From assembly GCA_963719035.1 (NCBI GenBank), contig CAVRAO010000012.1, positions 128,001-192,000 of the forward strand: DNA of 64,000 nucleotides, read 5' to 3'. The notes beneath the pieces were generated by a model, which was not told where the DNA came from, ran no database searches, and saw only the letters and a list, made by a program, of their open reading frames with translations. The position numbers and the translations under genes are program-made. Origin of the DNA: Methanobacteriota archaeon. Its GTDB lineage: Archaea > Halobacteriota > Bog-38 > Methanoflorentales > Methanoflorentaceae. Of this stretch, positions 60,210 through 64,000 are shown in pieces (position 1 is the stretch's first letter; every line of letters starts with the position of its first letter).

Positions 60210-60599
60210 GTGTCAGAGCTCACGGGTGAAGCCCCCGCGTGGAGGAAGGACGCATGGAGTGACAAGCAATGTCTTATTATTAGATCGGACTTGAAACTGA
60301 CGTCTGGAAAAGCGGCGGTTCAGCTCGCACACGCTGCGGTCGCTGCCTATGAGCGTTCAGACCGCATCACAAAGAGTCGGTGGTACAATGAGGGGCAAAA
60401 AAAAGTCGCGCTCAAGGTTCCGACGCTCAAGGAGTTGTATGAACTCAAGTCGATAGCAGAGGCGCGTGGTCTGGTCACGGCACTTGTTGTCGATGCCGGG
60501 CTTACTGAAGTACCGCCTGGAACCGTTACCGCTCTTGGCATAGGTCCTGAGAAAGAGGAAGAGCTCGATAAAGTAACGAGCGACCTTAAACTGCTGTAG
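60210..60599 (+). CDS. pth2: Peptidyl-tRNA hydrolase Pth2
   Basis: KQ....R.DL....GK...Q.AHA, GQKK..LK, DAG.TE..PGT.T.LG.GP. The original start was probably ATG 60254, disrupted by an extra G. Confidence 0.93.
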   Translation: MSELTGEAPAWRKDAWSDKQCLIIRSDLKLTSGKAAVQLAHAAVAAYERSDRITKSRWYNEGQKKVALKVPTLKELYELKSIAEARGLVTALVVDAGLTEVPPGTVTALGIGPEKEEELDKVTSDLKLL

Positions 60600-61906
60600 T
60601 GCCAACGACGATGACTCGTACGGAAACTGTGTCAGACATCGATTCTTTCGTGGGAATGTCCCTCTACTTGACAGTCTCGCGCGGTATCGGCGGACAGATT
60701 CGGCAGCGATCTGAGGACTTTGTAGTAAACGAGGTCTACAAAGAGCAGTACGCGTTGGACGGACGCTATCAACTAGTCAAAGTCACAAAGACCGATACAG
60801 AGACACATCACCTGGTCCGCGACCTATCGCGACGTTTGAGGATTAGCCAGAGGCGGGTTAGCTGGGCAGGAACGAAGGACAAGCGTGCCGTCACCGCGCA
60901 GCGCATGAGCCTTGATTCGATTTACCTTGAAGCACCGCTTAACCTAGGAAAAGCGATCGTTGAGCCCATTGGGAGATCCGATAGACCAATCTCGCTCGGG
61001 GACCTTGAGGGTAACGATTTCTCTATTACCATCAGAACGGTTGAAGGAGCCCAAAATAATATCGCACGTGCCGTTGTAAGCATTATCGACGAGATACGCG
61101 ACGCGCGTGGAGTTCCTAATTTCTTTGGGATTCAACGTTTTGGATCAATCCGCCCTGTAAATCACCTCGTAGGACGAGCACTCATCGAAGGCGACATTGA
61201 GCAGGCGGTCATGACGTACATCGGAAAGCCTTTTGCCGATGAACCTGAGGACGTCAAAGACGCCCGACAACGCATTTTAGACACCCATGATTTTAAGGAA
61301 GCGCTTCAGCGGATGCCCGTTCGGCTGCGCTATGAGCGCGCTATGCTGAATCACCTTGTAAAGCACCCCAATGACTTCGATGGCGCCCTAGGCGCCCTCT
61401 CAATGAACCTGCAGAAGCTTTTTGTCCACTCATTTCAGTCATATCTTTTTAACAAGATGATGAGCAACAGACTCGCGCGCGGGTTTCCGCTCACTATGGG
61501 ATTTGACGGTGATCGCGTATGGGCACCGGATAAAGGGCGCCTGAGAACGGTCGTGCCAAAAAACGTTGAAGAAGTAAACCAGAGCCTCGCAGCAGGACGT
61601 GCCTCCGTTCAAATGCCGGTTCCCGGGTATGAAACAGAGCTGTCAGACGGAGTCATCGGTCAGGTCGAGCAAGAGGTCCTTGTGTCAGAGGGGGTTGATC
61701 TAGATGCCTTTAAAATCGAAAGCTGTCCGCGACTGGCATCAAAGGGCGTTATGCGCAACATCGCATTACCTGTAGATATTGGGTTTACTGTGGCGCCTGA
61801 TGAGCTTACCAACGAGGAAGTGAGAGTTGCACTGCGCTTCTTCCTACCTAAAGGGGCCTATGCAACGTCAGTTCTACGCGAAATTATGAAAACGAGGTTG
61901 TTTTAG
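60599..61906 (+). CDS. truD: tRNA pseudouridine(13) synthase
   Basis: EDF.V.E, AGTKDKRAVT.Q, PNFFG.QRFG, LPKG.YAT..LRE. Confidence 0.95.
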   Translation: MPTTMTRTETVSDIDSFVGMSLYLTVSRGIGGQIRQRSEDFVVNEVYKEQYALDGRYQLVKVTKTDTETHHLVRDLSRRLRISQRRVSWAGTKDKRAVTAQRMSLDSIYLEAPLNLGKAIVEPIGRSDRPISLGDLEGNDFSITIRTVEGAQNNIARAVVSIIDEIRDARGVPNFFGIQRFGSIRPVNHLVGRALIEGDIEQAVMTYIGKPFADEPEDVKDARQRILDTHDFKEALQRMPVRLRYERAMLNHLVKHPNDFDGALGALSMNLQKLFVHSFQSYLFNKMMSNRLARGFPLTMGFDGDRVWAPDKGRLRTVVPKNVEEVNQSLAAGRASVQMPVPGYETELSDGVIGQVEQEVLVSEGVDLDAFKIESCPRLASKGVMRNIALPVDIGFTVAPDELTNEEVRVALRFFLPKGAYATSVLREIMKTRLF

Positions 61907-62457
61907 TGCGGGCACAACCACCCTTATTGGTTATGCTCGTATGTGCGATGGTCGTAGCGAGCACGCTACCCGGGTGCGTTACGAAACAAACCAGCACGCT
62001 AAACAATACGAGTACAATATCGACAACCGTGTCAGATCGCGCGGCCACGAAAAGCAGCGCGGACGATAACTCTTGGACAGCACCTACCCACTACTTGGTT
62101 ACGATTGGAAAAACGACGGTGTACGCTGAGGCAGCAAATACGCCTGCAGAGCTCGAAACGGGCCTCATGAATCGGACCTCTTTGAATGAAAATGCCGGAA
62201 TGCTGTTCGTCTTTCTAACTGAACAAAATCAGAGCTTTTGGATGAAAAACATGCGCATCTCACTCGATATCATTTTTATTACCACAGACAAGCACGTGCT
62301 TGATGTTTACCAATCTGTACCGCCGTGCATAACCGATCCATGCGTTTCGTATATGTCGCATGCGCCGATAAGGTATGCACTTGAAGTGAATGCGGGGTTT
62401 TCCGAGCAACATGGTATCGCAAGCGGTGACACCGTCTTTATAACTGCCTCGAGTTAG
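61906..62457 (+). CDS. DUF192 family lipoprotein
   Basis: Lipobox-like PGC; GLM.R, GMLF, FWMKN....LDIIF, LEV.AG. Confidence 0.9.
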   Translation: MRAQPPLLVMLVCAMVVASTLPGCVTKQTSTLNNTSTISTTVSDRAATKSSADDNSWTAPTHYLVTIGKTTVYAEAANTPAELETGLMNRTSLNENAGMLFVFLTEQNQSFWMKNMRISLDIIFITTDKHVLDVYQSVPPCITDPCVSYMSHAPIRYALEVNAGFSEQHGIASGDTVFITASS

Positions 62458-63379
62458 GGCCCTTCGATTTATAGCGGTTATCGATCGACGGGCACTCGTA
62501 TCGAATTGGACAGGCGAAGCACTCGGGTGCGGTCGCATGACAAAACTCAAAGCCGAGCTGAATGAGCAGCAAGTGACTTCTGCCCGGCTGAGAAAGCTCT
62601 GTTTCAAGCGCGTCTTTGGCGATATCCTTTGACTTGTCGCTCCCGTGAATCTCCTTTGCATTGAGGGCAAGGCCACGCCGCGATGCGTCGCGCTCGATGA
62701 ATCCGAGTCTGCGGGCAACTCGTTCCACATGCGTGTCTATCGGGACGACTTCGTGTCCTGCAGCGTAGAGTAGGACGCAATCTGCGGTCTTTTTTCCAAC
62801 TCCGGGAAGCGAGAGGAGCAGCTCGCGTGCATGATCCGGCGTATCGTAAACCCACGACAAGTCGCCGTCCCACCGGCGTTTGATCTCGCGCGCGATGGAA
62901 ACGATGTAATCTGCCTTGCGGTGTGGGCCACACCGGTACAGGACAGGGACGATGTCGTGTGGATTTGTCACGCTTAAGGTCTCAGGGGTGATCGTTCCGA
63001 ATCGCCGGATGAGCTCAAAAAAAGCTGCACGAGCGCGCTCTGCGGTCTTGTTCTGGGTAAGCACAGTGAGTATGAGGCACCGGAAGGGATCCTGCCCGGC
63101 CATAAAATATAGTCCTGTATAGAAGTCTCTAAGCTTGCGTATGTAAGGATCACGACTACTCAGCTTGAGAAGCGCCATCCACTGCATCTCGTCAGGCTGC
63201 ACGTCCTCCATATCGAGGTGTGACGATAGCGGGGCCTGTGAGGGGTAAGGGCTGATTCGCTGCGTGATGTTATCAAGCGTTCTTAGATAACCTTCTGAGT
63301 TGGAGATCCACTCAAGAGCGGGAATCTGAATCGTCATTGTGCGTCCAAGGTCGATAGGCGGCATCATCGCGAATCGCAC
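62438..63379 (-). CDS. Endonuclease III (HhH-GPD) family DNA glycosylase
   Basis: LPGVGKKTA, P.DTHV, C......C..C.....C [4Fe-4S] motif. Confidence 0.9.
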   Translation of the reverse strand: MRFAMMPPIDLGRTMTIQIPALEWISNSEGYLRTLDNITQRISPYPSQAPLSSHLDMEDVQPDEMQWMALLKLSSRDPYIRKLRDFYTGLYFMAGQDPFRCLILTVLTQNKTAERARAAFFELIRRFGTITPETLSVTNPHDIVPVLYRCGPHRKADYIVSIAREIKRRWDGDLSWVYDTPDHARELLLSLPGVGKKTADCVLLYAAGHEVVPIDTHVERVARRLGFIERDASRRGLALNAKEIHGSDKSKDIAKDALETELSQPGRSHLLLIQLGFEFCHATAPECFACPIRYECPSIDNRYKSKGPNSRQL

Positions 63380-63603
63380 GCTTGGACACCTCGTAGGCCG
63401 CTGTGGTTAAGGGTTTGCACAAGCCTATTTATGAAAATACATGGGTATATATCATCCGCGCAGACATCTTGTATTAGAATTGAATCGTGCCGGTGACATA
63501 CAATGGATCTACAGACACTCAAGGCGTTGGTCACACACGCCGCAAGGACTAAAGACAGCATATCTTCTCGTATCGGATGCATGAAGATTCGAACGGAGGG
63601 TCA

Positions 63604-64000
63604 ATGGCACTAGCGCTCGACCCCGCCTGGCGCCTATTCGCTTATGAGTTCAACAAGTCCACGCTTCAGCTGAAGGAAGAAGATGGTAGCGGTCCTACTT
63701 ATATCATATCTCCCACCGGTGCCAAGATCAACCGCTTGTTTGTTGTTGGCGTGCTCACTGAAGTGGAAAATGTCCGCGCGAATGAAGACCTTTGGCGAGC
63801 ACGAGTCGCTGATCCGACGGGGAGCTTCACGGTATATGCGGGAAAATATCAATCCGAAGGGGCCTCATTTTTTGCTAACGCCGACGTGCCTCAATTTGTC
63901 TCTGTCCTTGGACGAGCACGCCTTTATACGCGCGAGGACACCTCATACGCATCTATCTGGTCAAATGAAATCAGCAACACGACGGAAACTGTCCGCAACA
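63604..64000 (+). CDS. RPA-associated OB-fold protein (COG3390-like), 3'-truncated by the window edge
   Basis: A.R.FA.E, SPTGAKINRLF.VG.LTE, R.ADPTG.F.VYAG.YQ; GGAGG SD. Confidence 0.88.
   Translation, partial: MALALDPAWRLFAYEFNKSTLQLKEEDGSGPTYIISPTGAKINRLFVVGVLTEVENVRANEDLWRARVADPTGSFTVYAGKYQSEGASFFANADVPQFVSVLGRARLYTREDTSYASIWSNEISNTTETVRN

Noticed and set aside
1-64000. CRISPR arrays, rRNA, transposases or integrases; the many antisense and overlapping ORFs in the track
   Set aside because: No regularly spaced repeats or mobile-element enzymes were seen; ORFs overlapping well-supported genes are treated as shadows.

Overview
Archaeal chromosomal segment, most likely from a Halobacteriota methanogen. 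This is inferred from pscS (SepCysS), mptA, aIF1A, pth2, truD, two geranylgeranyl reductases, an RPA-associated OB-fold gene, BRE/TATA promoters and a BHB-intron tRNA. Housekeeping blocks include thiL, rpiA, a phoU-regulator-pstSCAB-phoU cluster, aldolase/pfkB, pyrF, tldD/pmbA and a pspA/pspAA/pspAB/htpX locus. They alternate with accessory stretches rich in small ORFs and long intergenic spacers. Main observations: (1) a ~530-bp non-coding element occurs twice, 44.5 kb apart (10154-10675 and 54676-55203); its motif blocks keep near-identical spacing and end in a TATA promoter followed by a ~90-nt rod hairpin with divergent but paired stems and an invariant GGCCCUACCUC (anti-Shine-Dalgarno-like) loop, a candidate new sRNA family; (2) an elongator tRNA-Met with a canonical 37/38 intron plus a second BHB intron in the D-loop (17/18); (3) a stand-alone nitrogenase-like oxidoreductase coupled to a minimal trypsin-like serine protease; (4) a RibA-dehydrogenase fusion/PTPS/glycosyltransferase cluster; (5) two paralogous microprotein pairs (an HTH-like pair and a 'FILPNES' pair). 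Several single-base frameshifts (M24 peptidase, pspAA, pth2) may be assembly errors. All calls come from reading motifs by eye; no database searches were run.
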